Below, in pieces: positions 12,787 through 26,538 of a stretch of DNA of 64,000 nucleotides. Made by a program: the position numbers and the translations under genes. Source of the stretch: Eledone cirrhosa (Eukaryota); the NCBI GenBank assembly GCA_964016885.1, contig OZ024741.1:300700001-300764000 (forward strand), written 5' to 3'. The notes below the pieces were generated by a model. That model made no database searches, was not told the DNA's origin, and saw only the letters and a list, made by a program, of their open reading frames with translations. Each line of letters opens with the position of its first letter. Position 1 is the stretch's first letter.

Positions 12787-13699
12787 AGCATATTTAAATA
12801 TTTACGTACGCATATCTGCTTGTATCACTAGTTTAAAAAGATATATTCTTATAATGAACAAGAATGATGACTACTAAGTAGCTGTTATGTTTCCGCTAAA
12901 AACGATGAAAGCAATTATTGCTACACATATTCAAGTGTAGTAGTAGTTGAAGTACCTCATTCGAGCAAATTAATAGCATTTTCTTTTCGAGGTAAGATTA
13001 AATAAAAGGATGTGCGAAATATGTTGGGTGCTTTGTAATCATAGCTTTAATATTATTCTGTCTTGAAGTAAACTGAACATACAGAATGTAAAGCATCAAT
13101 TATCATAATCATATACATAAATGATTAATGAATATTTTAATTATGTCTTCGGGATTGAAGGAGGAGAAAATTAGATTTATTTTGATTTGGTTTTGCATTT
13201 GGTTTTGCATTTCCTATATATTTTGCAGCTCAAATTGTTAATCTGTGCAACTGTTAATCCCTCCGATCTTCTCTTTCGGTTTTTGTTAAATATATATTCT
13301 ACTCTTTTCTTTATCTCTTAATTTATGTATACATTCGTTCGTTCCTTCGTTCCTTCTTTACTTCCGGTCTTACTCCCCCCCCCCCTTCATTCATACATTC
13401 ATTCATCCATGCTACTTCCTCTTCTTTTTCATCTTCTTCTGCTCCCCCTACTTCTCCTCCTCCCCAACCTTATTCGTCTTCTTTTCTCCTCCGTCATCAT
13501 CATCATCCTCATGACCACTACCACCTCCATCAACATCATCATCATCATTTTCTTCTCTTCCTCCACCTTTTCTTCTTGTTAGATGAACCTGCCTGAGATA
13601 GATGGGCGTAGGGCGAAGAAAAAGTTCTGCACGAATCCGTCCAGTGTCCATGCATTACTTATATGTAGAGTTATGTCGAACAACTGTTAATCGGGTGTA

Positions 13700-15480
13700 G
13701 GACGGATTCGGCTATCGACCTAGTCCATTGTGAAAATCGCCCCAGCGCCTCGTTTTGACTGGGAAGGACAATCAGTTTTCCTCTGTTTGGTGTTTGTAGC
13801 GAAAGAGGTTGTGTGTTGGACCAGGTTGAAAGGAATGAAGACTTTTCATTTCGGTCAATACCGCATCAAATGTTTCAAATTTCACTTGGAAAGAAACATG
13901 GGGTGGAGAGAGAAGTGCTGTCTCCCAGTACATTTGCGAAAAGGTGGGTGATTTTGTGAGAAGGGGTTTTGGGAATGGGCCTGCTCTGAGCATGCTGCTT
14001 GGTTTACGGAGAGGGATGTCCTCTCGGGCTGCTCTCGAAGCGTCGGATGGTTCTGGTTAGGGGATTACCTGATTCTCCCCTTAGCAGTTCTTTCCCAGGT
14101 ATAGGAACTAATTAAGAAAGAAAAAACCTGAGCCAACCTCACCCTCCCGACAGAAGTAATGGCCGCAACTAAAAAAAGAGCACTGATTCACAAATGCATT
14201 TCAGTGTAAACTTGTAAGGTGGAGTCGCCCTGCCAATTAAACGTGGAGGCAGCCTTGAAATGCTTCAGAGAAGACATTGAGCACATAGAAAGGACCAGGC
14301 AGTTCGGTACCCTCTCAGCGCTGTTTAAAACGGAGGCTCTTACCATAAAACACTCAGTGGTCACCTCTAAAATGGACCGCATTATCATGTACCCATCCTT
14401 TATTGACAGAAGAACCGTGAAGATCCTGCCATATGGTGGTTTCTGATACCCTCCTCGACATAAAAAAAACACAGAGAATAATTGTCAGGGATGGGTTTCG
14501 AAATTTTATTCCAAATCAGCCCGGACGAACATAAAACCATCCCGGACGATGTTCGCCTTCAAGTCGAGTTCAAAATACAAGTGGTCTCCATGGGAAAAGG
14601 GCGGCCCTGATTCATCTACGGCGAAGCGACACATCTTCGAGCCTTCTGCCCTCAGCTTAAAGTGCAGGGAACCGTAAACTCGAATCGTAAACTCGAACAC
14701 GGAGGAGAGCTTTCTTCAGAACTTGGAAACCCTTAGCGTTAGACCAACGAGTAGACAGTTAAAGGGAATCTCAAAGAAACGCCACTAAACATGGAGGTCG
14801 AACCACTCGATCTCTGATAGAGACCGGAATGTAAGTAACGACCACACCCTTTTGTTCTCTTGATCAACTAGCCGTCATGGTGATTATAAGTGTTAGATTC
14901 CAACAAGCTTTTGGGGGGCTGGGGAGATGGGTGTGATAGTCGAGCAGTGTCTGAGTGAACGGGCCTGCTCTGAGTGTGTGTTTGTAGAATAAGGAAGAAC
15001 TGGCAGGGGGAATCTGACCTGACGGTCAGTTTGACCGTGGCTTTTTATGGGTTTTCCACACGTGGGGACTCGGAGGTTTTCGCCTTTAGGGGATTAGAAA
15101 AAAAAATGCAGTTGTCATTCTGGGCGTCGACGAGAAGAGTCTGATCAGGATCTTCTAGAGGAAATTCAAGTCGGTGATTATGGTCAGTCTCCGAACAACA
15201 TTAGCACGGCTGTGCTGCTGAGGGGCACTTTTAGTTTGAGACAAGATCTATAGGCACCGAAGTGTCAGCAGTCGGTACTGTCTGAGAGGCATGCAGGGCG
15301 AAGTACCTGCTATCGTCTAGTGCCCGTGCGTTGGAGGTTTGATGATTGTGTCGAACCGCTGTTATCACAGGTAGGGGGCTATAGTGAAAATCGAACCTCT
15401 ATCTTCTTTTAGAAAGGAGACGTGTCTGGTCTTCCTCTGCTTGGTAGCAATGCAGAAGGAAGCTGTATAGTGGAATCGTC
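13700..15480. pseudogene. Scrambled L1-Tx1 fragments
   Basis: 13730-13951(+) WEGQSVFLCLVFVAKEVVCWTRLKGMKT closely matches the ORF2 C-terminus at ~52270-52450. 14219-14446(+) is ORF1-like. ~14480-15480(-) is a possible endonuclease remnant. Confidence 0.65.
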
Positions 15481-16286
15481 TAAAAGCATTGAGGATAATA
15501 AAAGTTACTCTATCGACAAAGGTATTTCTGAACAAATTGTTGAATCCGAATTCTTATTTTGTTTTAAACAAAATTGAAAAATCACCAACGGTTTTCGATT
15601 ATTTGCCATTGAAAAATGTTGTTTTAGTTCCATTTTCATGTGTCGGATGTCGTGGATGCAGCATGGCAGAATGATTAACACGTTCGCTTCACAATTATTT
15701 GGTATTGGCTTCGATAACACTGTTTGGCTTATTGGGAATATCTCATTCGACACATGCCTTGTGAGAAGACTGAACCTGATTCGAATACCGTCGGACGGAT
15801 GGTACCTTTAGTTCATATGGCTACTCTTGTTACATACTCTCACGCTGAATCATCTTGGGAATTACGTTATATTTTTTTTTTATATTTAAAGTCTCTTAAT
15901 TTATTTTGTTATCTGTCATATAATGAGGGAAATGTTAAAACGTGATAAAATCAAAATTAAGTAATGAAAAGGGGGGATTGGGTATAGAAGGGTAGATTGG
16001 CTTTATAGGAGAATAAAGGAAAGGACTATAAATGCCATAAATGTGAAGAAAAAAAGGGGGTGGGTAAGAAGAAGGATATTAGGCAACGGAAGAAAGAACG
16101 TGTTAGGGGGAGAGGTTGTCAGTGTTTCTAGGGACGGTTCAGCCATTCACACGTATATTTTACATGCAAGCTGTTGTATTGATTGAACAACTAAAACACT
16201 TCTCATTGAAACTTATGGATTTCCATCGTGTCGTATGCAGAATATATTTTTCTTTTTCCTTTCCCAATTCTACATAAACACATTCT

Positions 16287-16468
16287 ATGGAAACTTTTTC
16301 TCGATTTTAATTTTCTTCGCATTTTTTATCTCTACATGGCATCAAACGTTAGGCATCATCATTTTTTCACAGCAACACCGAAAGGAAAAAAATGATGATG
16401 CCTAACGTTTGATGGCATGTAGAGATAAAATAATGCGAAGAAAATTAAAATCGAGAAAAATTTTCCAT
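16287..16468. repeat. Foldback: ~82-bp arms, 16-nt spacer
   Basis: 16287-16368 versus 16385-16468, with a few mismatches. Confidence 0.9.
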
Positions 16469-17502
16469 CTTAGGTGTGTGCACAATACGAACTATGATGA
16501 GAGGATACAAAATATGTTTACTTCGGTGGGGTGTTCGAAACTATGTAGACATTTCTTGCGAAAGATAATTTATCATAAGTGATGACATGTCAACTAGCCC
16601 AGATCATACTTTTCATTGTGGATATGCCCATCCTCATTCCTCTTTATCACCATCAACAGCAGCTCCCGGTAATTTTCTTTTCTGTCGAATGTACTGCAAA
16701 TTATGATATATAACTATACATGCCATATATTCCCCCCACGACATTTTTTTAGACAATTCTCGTTTATATATTCGTTTTTGTCTTTATATTCGCATAACAT
16801 GAGTGTTGAATATTTCACATTGCTATTTTGAAACGCAATCCCATGACGTATAACCCACATTATTTTATGTATTGTTTGTTATCTGATCATTATATATTTA
16901 ACCACGTGATACTGGCTCCTGATTAGAAACTCATATGCGCTATATTTTATGTATGGCTCTTTTTTGTTCTTTTTAAATTGTAAACTATTTCAAGAGTTTT
17001 CCATCTAGGTATATAATTATAATGATTGACTGCAAAAGACTTATACTTACGAAGGTTGTATGACATATATTCGAATAAAACCAGTTAACTACAAAGATGA
17101 TACTTTGTAATGAATTATAAAAAGAAAAATTCCATAGACTGCGATTAAGATACGGCTTATATTCCTGTTAATTGACGCTCCCTTACATTTTAGATACATC
17201 ATTTTTTCTCATGCAAGACTATACATTTGTATGCGTATAAAATGACCATTGTTTCTTTTTTATTACCATAGTTGTTGTTTAAACCTTTTCTAACTGACCA
17301 AGGACACATAGGATTCGAAGATTCCCAACCTTTACCACTCTGTATTTTATCTTACATACTCCACTATAATTTTAATTAATTAGTAACTCATTTTTTAAGC
17401 GGATAACACAGACTACTAACCTCTAAAAACTCAAATGGGGAGTACCATGAACAAAGTGTCATAAAACGGGGAAAAATGAGGCCAAAATTGGAAGAATTTA
17501 TA

Positions 17503-17690
17503 TAATTGTTTCTACTTTTCGCACAAGGCCAGCAATTATTCCAGTGCATTACTGGTACTTTATTTTATCGACCCCGTAAGGATGAAAGGCAAAGTTAACC
17601 TCGGCGGGATTTGAACTCAGATCATAAAGGGAGGTAACTCTATGCTTCAAAGCATGGCGTCCGACCCTTACCGATACTGCCAATCCACAA
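17503..17690 (-). mobile_element. tRNA-derived SINE, family A
   Basis: Reverse complement of the family A body (ttttatcgaccccgtaaggatgaaaggcaaagttaacctcggcgggatttgaactc). Confidence 0.9.
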
Positions 17691-17977
17691 TGAAAGCTAT
17701 ACCTATTTTCACAAGAGAAGACATCTTTCACCCTCCCCAAAGTGTTTGGGGGATCTCCTCGTTGGACGAGGACAGTTGGCAGGATAACTTTTCTCGAATC
17801 GAATTATCATATAAAGTCTTCCAACCGGAGAAATAGTTATCGACCTAATAAGAGTAATGAATAGTCACAACTCTGTCTAACATTGATGTTTTTGCTGAGC
17901 TACAAAGTGACACGTTTTGCGAAGTATACATTCGATTAAATTAAACAGGAGTTTATTATTTTAATGTATGTATCCCG

Positions 17978-18310
17978 CATGGCCGAATGGTTATGGAGTT
18001 TGCTTCACAATCATGTATTACTGAGTTTGATCACACTGCCTGCTACCTTAGCTACATATAAGGTACAATAAGACGGGTCGACTGAGGCTTTATAAATCAA
18101 ATTGGTTAGCGGAATATGTATGAATGCCCGTTAGATGGATCCTACCTGTAATTCAAAAGGGTACCTCCGTCACAGAGTGTTTTACGCTTGAGGATTACGT
18201 TAGAGATACACATGCTTGGCCACTTACATTTTAATTTCACGAGTAGGCCATTCGATTGCTTTATTAACTTGAAAGACCATCATCGAAACCAATGGATTTC
18301 ATTCCATTCC
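17978..18310 (+). mobile_element. tRNA-headed SINE, family B (diverged)
   Basis: A-box-like tggccgaatgg head. The body (acctgtaattcaaaagg...ttaatttcacgag) is shared with 34887-35220. Confidence 0.6.
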
Positions 18311-20243
18311 TTATATCAACAAAACTAGAATACGAAATATTTATCATGGGTATCAAACGGGTTTTATCAATTCTGCAAATCCAACTCCATTAAAAGGGTA
18401 TTTAATATTAACACTTATCAAAGTTGTTTATTGAAAAACTCTTAATGGTTTTGGACAAAATGCCTCGTGGTTATTATGTATGCCTTCATCTTTTGAATTT
18501 AAATTCAGAGTTCAATAACTTATGTTTCCTGAGAATAACTGAGATCAATCTTAATAGATTATATCAGACCTCAGAATTTGAATGAGTGGCTAAGATAGAA
18601 ATCAATAAGAAAGCCCTTCACACAACATTCATATATAGGCGCCACAACTAGTGACAGGTTTTTTTTCCTTATCCTCTTTTCTCTACATTGAATCGGCAAT
18701 TGTTTTATACCCTGCATACTCCGTTTATTAACAGTATTATTTATTAGATGCCAGTTGACTGAGACGATTGAATTCAATGCTATGAAAATTCACTTGAAGT
18801 CCTTAATAAAATAATTACCAGGCAGAAAGTCTGTAGATTAAATAACCAATACTACGTACACATTGGACATTGGAAGATTTGGGATATTACAAATACTCAC
18901 TGATAGAAATGTTTGAATTGTAATAAATAACACTTCCATCAATAGTACATTTGCTAAGAATACCAATCAAACGAAGGCTTTATTTTTACAATGAGTGTGT
19001 GATATCGTCCGACCGTAACATTGTTACTCATTAATCTAGAGATTACATATGTTTTACATGAACATTTACTACCTACAATGTTCTTTCCGGAATTGCCTAC
19101 GTAGAATACGTAAAGAACGGCTTATACATACTGACATTATCTTGAGACAGAAACAAGTATATAAATATATATAGAAAATCGGATAGATTTAATATCATTA
19201 TAAGCTGCATATGTTCAGCTATGTTTGGCGACATTCCAGTAAATTGCACACTTTCAACGGCATCAACATCTAATATCGGCAATAGACTGGATATTTAATT
19301 AATGACATGGATTACTGAAACAGCTGTTAGGTGTAGATTTGCTTAAAATACAATGGCGACTGATATCAGATTTTAAAAGAACTTTCAATTCATTTTTCGA
19401 ATTGTCATTGTAAAACTATTCTAGCTTTGTCTATTTACAGAATGTATATATAATCTATGCATTGTAAACCTTAACACAACTTCTTAACAAGAATTTAAAA
19501 TATACACAACTCCGTATAAACATAGGTCGTGGCGGTAGGCATGATAACGTGCAATATTCCAAAATGTGATTATAAATAATACATTGATAGAATCACAATT
19601 ATATGACGAAATGGGTGCATGCAAAAAAGCGTAAAGCGCACTGAATAGTTATTTTACGTGTATGATAGTGTCTTTATTTAGAGTAACTAGGTTGATTCAT
19701 TCTGAATGATGAGATGTGGATGAAGTATCTTTTGCATCCAGACTAAGATTGATTCATGAAATAAAAATACTTGTATAACACATTAAATGCTGCAATCTAA
19801 AAAGTATGGTTCTAATAAATCATTTAAAAATATCTTTCAACTTTAGAGAATTTGTTTCAGAAGTAGTGAAAGGAATTTATTTTTACTAATGAAATTTCTT
19901 CACAAATATTATCGTTTGCATTTAGAATTGATTATCTAAGATATGTTATATTTCAATTTCTATGCCAACAATAGCAACGGGATGAGGCTCATAACCACGT
20001 CTGTAGTTATCTTGACAAGATTGCATTCAACTGGTACCGGTTTTAGGTGGTCAGCGTTTTGTGAAGATTAAAATGTAAGGGCCACGTTCATTGTCTTGGG
20101 CACAGTGAAATGTATAATAATATATAAAATCTAACATATAGACCATTGCGGATATTTCGCACAACACGACAAATTGGTGTACGTCGTAATTAATTACGAT
20201 TGAAATAACAGAAACTAACCTAAAATGTATTTGGTTAGATAAC

Positions 20244-20422
20244 AATTGTCTCTACTTTTGGCACAACGCCAGCAATTGCCCGAGTGTTTTACTGGTACTT
20301 TATTTTATCGACCCCGTAATTATGAAAGGCAAAGTTAACCTCGGTGGGATATGAACTCAGATCATAAAGGGCCGTAACTCTATGCTGCAAAGCATGGCGT
20401 CAGACCCTCTCTTGATACTGCA
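20244..20422 (-). mobile_element. tRNA-derived SINE, family A
   Basis: Near-identical to 17503-17690. Confidence 0.9.
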
Positions 20423-21318
20423 GAGTAGGATGTGTTACAGTTAAAAAAATAATGTCGGGTCCCAAATAATAGGGGGTTTAGAATAAGCGGCGGGGTTGTC
20501 TCAGTTGATTTTGTTTAAAAACCAGATTTAGTCGTTTAGTTTACGTATTGAAATCCCAACCCATCCTACTTATGTCATAACGTATTTTGTGGCATGTTTT
20601 TAATGTCTAAAGAAAATGTTCGCAGGAATGCTACCACTTAAAATAGCATTTTGATAGATAAGCGGAGAGGAGTTTGGAATAAGAGTGTAAAGAATCTGAA
20701 AAGTTAATAAGCGGAGTGGGGGTGGTCTTGGATAGAGTCAAACGGAAAGGAATAAATAAACAGAAAGAAAGGCAAAGGGGGAAATATGAAATGAGCCTGG
20801 TAAATATACAGGATTAAGTTATAGAAGTGGTTTGTGTTAGTGTGTGTGTATATGGATAGTTCAACTTATGGTGAAGACAGACGCGATGTGCATTTATATT
20901 TGCTCGAGGTGTGACTACGAAACCCATGTAGATGATCGTGTGTAACCACATTATTTGATTCCAGGAACACCGGGGCTTGAAAAACAGGTGGATGCGTTGG
21001 AGCCTGCAGCCATAATAACTTCAGACTTCGGAGTAATTCTATGAGATGTAAGTTTTATAATTTGTATGCATTCCGAGAGGCAGTTGGCATTCACTGCTCC
21101 CGATTTTGTATGGGGACACATGTTTAAGTATGACCCGATTCATTGAGAAGTTTACATTTGTTTTCCTTGAATCTCCATACGTTCTCTGCAAAACTGGCTT
21201 GTGATATATTTTTACTGTGCTTAAATGAACTTACGTTGTTGTAGTACCAGGATTTGAACGTCTTGCTATTTGCGCCAATATATACGTAGTACCTACTGGT
21301 TATTGTGGCCCTGCACTA

Positions 21319-21376
<58 letters not shown>

Positions 21377-21935
21377 CTTAGAAGATTCAACAAAGAAGGG
21401 ACAATTAAGGGACAACTTTAAAAAATTATTATTTGAAAAAGAAAATACGAACGAAACACACAGAACTCCAAGGTCCGTTGCAGTGGACTTTGGCAGTTTA
21501 GACCCCTACCAACGGTATTGCTGGCCCAACCGGTGTCACACCGTCTGATACAAGTCAAAGTGCTCTCCTGCGGAGTAAGAGACTAGACAAACAGCAACTT
21601 ATAGCAATTAAGCTAACAAATACACATAGAATTTCACGTGGCGACAACGGAACGTATTGTGGTTCTTATAGCACGAGTCTCTCAGGGGTGGAAACAAAGG
21701 AAAGGTAAGAAGAAAGCAAGATATCCTGTTAAATTCAGGACCCCGACGGCTGAGTTCCAGCCGTTGAGTGCAGAATTTTGTCATATATATATATATATAT
21801 TCATTAGTTAAGCAAAACAAGACCACAAATTTCACAAGGAAGACATTATTAAAAGATTGTCAACATATTTAGTTTGATGTAAGGAATGTAGAGAATAATA
21901 ATAATAATAATATTAATAATAATAATGCCCGAAGA

Positions 21936-24329
21936 ATGAGATGGAAAGCGTACCACTTTGACCGTGCGGTTGCTGCTGACGCCGGAAGTACAGCAAATAG
22001 ATATGGATTTGCCACATGCCAGAACCCCCCACACAACATCCTGCTGGACCCTTTTGAGAAAGATCTATTCAACTTCATCAGGAGCATTAAGTTCAAAAAG
22101 CATTATAGACACAGGAATAACTTCCTCACTACATTAGCAACAACTATAAAAAATTTAAGGATAGCAACCTCTTACATGTTATGTCTGACAAAACCAAAAG
22201 TCTATACACCATGACTCCTGAAATTTACAACTCTTTCCTTCTTAAAAAACTCAACAAAAACTATAAAAAAACTACACCCTCCAGTGTAAACGCACTTAAC
22301 CGAAAAGCCCAGGCTTTGGTTAAGGTCTTGCATTTGAATAGATTTACCCACCCTCATTTACCAACAACCCAGGGTTCTCTCTCAAGGACCACAAGCCAAA
22401 CTTTATAGAGAACCCATCCATTAGACTCATAATCCCAACCACATCTGACCTGGGCCGCATCAGTAAGAACATCCTTGATAGGATAATCCCTGGGCTACGG
22501 GATGATACCACCTACAAGTTGTGGTCCAACACCGGCCAAGTCATCAGATGGTTCTTTGATCTAAGGTCCAATCAATCTATGAGGTTCATCCAATTTGATA
22601 TAGACAGATATTACGCGTCAATAACCCCGGAACTGCTCAACAAAGCACTAGCCCTAGCAACCACCAACTCGGACATAACCAATAATGAGATTAACATCAT
22701 ACTCATGGCTAGGCAGACTATCATTGAATTCAACGGAGCACTCTGGACTAGAAAAGGTAGAACAGATAACTTTGACATTACGATGGACTCAAGTGACTCC
22801 GCGCAAGTCACCGATTTAGTTGGGATTTACCTATTACGTAACATCAGAGCCGAAATCCAACCCATGCAAGGTGGAATATACAGGGACGACGCCCTATTTG
22901 CAGTCCACAATTGCACTAATCGGGGAATCGATTTGCTTAAGAAACAATTTCATAGATTCTTCAAAAATAACGGTCTCTCTATCACCATCGAGCTGAACCA
23001 TAAAGTAGTAAACTTCCTGGACGTCACCCTTTATCTCAACAATAACCTTTATAACCCTTACCATAAACCAGGCGAAATACTCACATATATTAGCCCACAC
23101 TCTAACCACCCACCGGCAGTCATCAGAGCAGTAATCAAATATATCTCCTATAGGATGTCAATGCTATCAGCAAATGAAGAGATATTTATAAACCACGCAC
23201 AATATTATAATAAGGCTCTCTCTGAATCTGGATATAAACAATCAATTTATTACATACCAAAATGCCATAACACAGCAACTCACCATAATAAAATTAACAC
23301 TAGAACTAGAAATTCCTTAGCATATAGCCAGATTCGCCGGAATTTTAGCAGTAACAGCACCTATACAGGGAACTTTAATGGTGGCAGCGGCCTGCTCCCC
23401 ACTCCTAGTAGCAAACTAAGAATCAACCCTAGAATAGGAATGAGAAATGGGATAACAAATAACAAACCCCAGGTAATAATAACCCTAGGAAGGCCCCTAC
23501 CAACTGCACTAGAACCCCTAGAAGGAATAGGCCGAAAAATGTGACCTGGATTAACCCACCATTCTCATCTAATCTAGCCACTAATATCCCCAATCGCTTC
23601 TTCTCTATCCTATCCAAACACTTCCCCCCTAACCATAGATACTACAAACTCTTTAATAAAAACAACATTAAAATCTCATTCTCCACTACACCTAACCTAG
23701 CTAGCCACATCGCGTTCAGTAACCATCATAAGCTAAGACACTATAACTCCCACACCGCGGTACCACCACCCCTATCAAATACACCACACCACTACACCAA
23801 TAATTCCTCTAGTAGCACACCTCCACCATCTAATCCTTCTAGCACAGACCAACTGCTTAGGTTAAATAACCCTACTCTCACTAACCGCAGAAGCAACTGC
23901 AACTGCCGGTACCCCAATGCATGCCCATTAAATGGACACTGCCTGACGCCCAACATAGTCTATAGGTGCACAGGTGAGACTGCTTCGAATACCAGCTATT
24001 ATATCGGGTCTACCTCTAACCCTTTTAAGGTACGCTATAACGCGCACTCTTTTTCCTTCCGAGACCCTAGCAACAGATGTTCGACATCGCTAGCTAGGCT
24101 CATTAAAAACCTTAAATTAAACAAAGTTCAACACTCACTAAAATGGGATATCGTAGCTCGGGCCCAGCCGTTCAATGGACGAAGGAAATCTTGTGATCTC
24201 TGTGTTACGGAAGCATATTACTTAACTCTATCAAGACCTCTACCAATTTACGATAGAACGGAGTTAACCATTAGCTGTCAACATCGAAGGGCTAATTCCT
24301 TCGCCAATAGAGTTTTTGACCCAACTTAG
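21936..24329 (+). pseudogene. PLE reverse transcriptase + GIY-YIG endonuclease, frameshifted
   Basis: FIQFDIDRYYASI, FDITMDSSDSAQVTDLVG, GIYRDD, VNFLDVTL, SNHPP, WINPPFS, CNC..CPLNGHCL, IVY..YIGST..FKVRYNAH and CDLC. Frameshifts near 22180, 22380 and 23540. Confidence 0.9.
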
Positions 24330-24696
24330 TCATGTTGCCCCATCTCTAATTGTAGCTAATAAGTTAAATTGCTATGAACAACTCGATAATTATAAGTTAC
24401 CTCCCCTACATTGTCTCTCAATTAAATAATTTAATTACTAGCACATAACTATAAAATACACACAATCTCTAATCTTTCGAGAAGTTACTTCCCCTGAAAC
24501 CACCCTCTAATTAGTAAGGTAAATATGCCCTTTGGCAGCCATCTTGTTACCCATAGGCAGATCTCACACAATGCAGCCTCGACAGATGAGTACTGCTTGA
24601 TTATGGCGGACAGCTGATGAAACAAAGGCACAATAGTAAAAACTAATATATGGAACATTATATTATGTAACATTATTTTAATTTATATTCCTTTGA

Positions 24697-24817
24697 GTTC
24701 CGATGAGCCACTCTGATTTTTTAAATATGTTAATTATTTTCAACTGAACCAGATCAATTATGATACATAGTCATCTGATCCAGAAATATTATACGGAGTA
24801 GCGAAACAATTGTAAAC
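24697..24817 (+). ncRNA. PLE pLTR hammerhead ribozyme (core C-C-GAUGA variant, long stem II)
   Basis: gtt CCGATGA gccactct...ggagtagc GAAA caattg TA aac, with palindromic stem III ACAATTGT. Confidence 0.65.
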
Positions 24818-25129
24818 GGGCATTCTTATTATTAATATTATTAATATTATTATTATTCTCTACATTCCTTACATCAAACTAAATATGTTGACAATCATTT
24901 AATAATGTCTTCCTTGTGAAATTTGTGGTCTTTTTTGGCTTAACTGATGAATATTTCCAGCTCTGCGCACCTAACCTCTGCATGGAACCAGCCACCTAGC
25001 TGCTTTCTACTGCATATTGCACATTGAGCACATGCCTTTACGCTTTGTCTTCTAACTAACTCACCAATCTTTCCTCTCATATCTCCTCTACTATCTCAAT
25101 CTCTCTCTTTAAGATTGGTTACTCTTGAA

Positions 25130-25276
<147 letters not shown>

Positions 25277-25459
25277 CGCGCGTGTGAGTGTGTGTATAAT
25301 AACTTATGCAAAGTTGCGGGACGAGTAGATTGCACAAGTAATTCTATATGTATATGCTTCTGTGAATTACATATATTTTGGAGATCCTTTTATCGAGATG
25401 TTCTGTATATTAGTGACAGCCTTCCGTACGATATATATATATATATATATATATATAGA

Positions 25460-25565
<106 letters not shown>

Positions 25566-25696
25566 GATAAATCTACCAAGAGTTTACGGTAGTGTCCAAT
25601 CCGTATGAAGAACTCAATGTATTCCGGATATCATGGAAAGAAGAGATGTAATGAAAAACGACTTTCGGTGAAAGATAAACGGTATACAGAGTCAAG

Positions 25697-26071
25697 ATAA
25701 AATATTAAACAAATAATGAATAAACAATTCCTTATATTAAACAAAAAAAGTTCATTATTTAACGATCGTTTCTAGGATATATATGTGTTATAATTGGTAT
25801 GCATATTCAACAGATCTATGTACAAAATTATACAAAATTATACAAATTATCAAGATTAAATATACATACCAAACACATATATACGCCGTCTGTGTTTGGT
25901 ATGTATATTTAATCTTGATAATTTGTATAATTTTGTATAATTTTGTACATAGATCTGTTGAATATGCATACCAATTATAACACATATATATCCTAGAAAC
26001 GATCGTTAAATAATGAACTTTTTTTGTTTAATATAAGGAATTGTTTATTCATTATTTGTTTAATATTTTAT
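25697..26071. repeat. Foldback: ~181-bp apparently perfect arms, 13-nt spacer
   Basis: 25697-25877 versus 25891-26071. The mirrored ORFs 25783(+) and 25788(-) reflect this. Confidence 0.95.
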
Positions 26072-26168
26072 ATATATATATATTAATTTAAAAAATTCCA
26101 ACTTTGTCTGATTTACTCGTTTTATTAACAATCATTTAAAATTTATAATGGTATTATAATGAAATAGT

Positions 26169-26358
26169 GGTGAATTGGGCGGTGAATTGGCAGTATCGGT
26201 AGAGGCTCGGACATGCTTTCCAGCATAGTTACGTCCCTTTATGATCTGAGTTCAAATCCCGCCGAGGTTAACTTTGCCTTTCATCCTTACGGGGTCGATA
26301 AAATAAAGTACCAGTAATGTACTGGGTAATTGCTGGCCTTGTGCCAAAAGTAGAAACA
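26169..26358 (+). mobile_element. Full-length SINE family A with 16-bp TSD
   Basis: TSD attataatgaaatagt at 26153-26168 and 26359-26374. A box (tggcagtatcgg) and B box (gagttcaaatccc) are present. Confidence 0.95.
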
Positions 26359-26499
26359 ATTATAATGAAATAGTATGATAGAATATTAAATGTTAAGTCT
26401 TAATTGAACAAGTACTTTCATGCTTTCGCAATCTTCAGGTTCATAATGTGTGGTGACAGTCAAGTTGAAAATTGCAAACTTGACTGTCACCACACATTA

Positions 26500-26538
26500 T
26501 GAACCTGAAGATTGCGAAAGCATGAAAGTACTTGTTCA
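26500..26538 (+). ncRNA. Type I minimal hammerhead (mirror copy at 26405-26443, minus)
   Basis: tgaac CTGAAGA t-tgc gaaa gca-t GAAA gtac TT gttca. Stem I is 5 bp, stem II is GAAA-capped, and stem III is palindromic AAGTACTT. Confidence 0.8.

Larger units (their letters stand above)
21797..24954 (+). mobile_element. Penelope-like element (Naiad-like), 5'-truncated, with inverted 5' pLTR piece
   Basis: RT + GIY-YIG ORF. 21797-21931 is the reverse complement of 24817-24954. There is a hammerhead in the 3' region and a (TA)n flank. Confidence 0.9.

Noticed and set aside
11989-12831. Long ORFs of YI/IH/CV dipeptides here and at other microsatellites
   Set aside because: They are read-through of (TA)n/(CA)n tracts that lack stop codons.
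23890-24660. Selenocysteine recoding or SECIS, reported for some Naiad elements
   Set aside because: Conserved Cys positions use normal Cys codons, the TGA at 23542 comes from a frameshift, and no convincing SECIS was seen. The CTGATGA at ~24615 lacks a matching GAAA and stems.
26169-26270. A/B boxes as tRNA genes
   Set aside because: They are SINE heads fused to a common body, with a TSD and no full cloverleaf.
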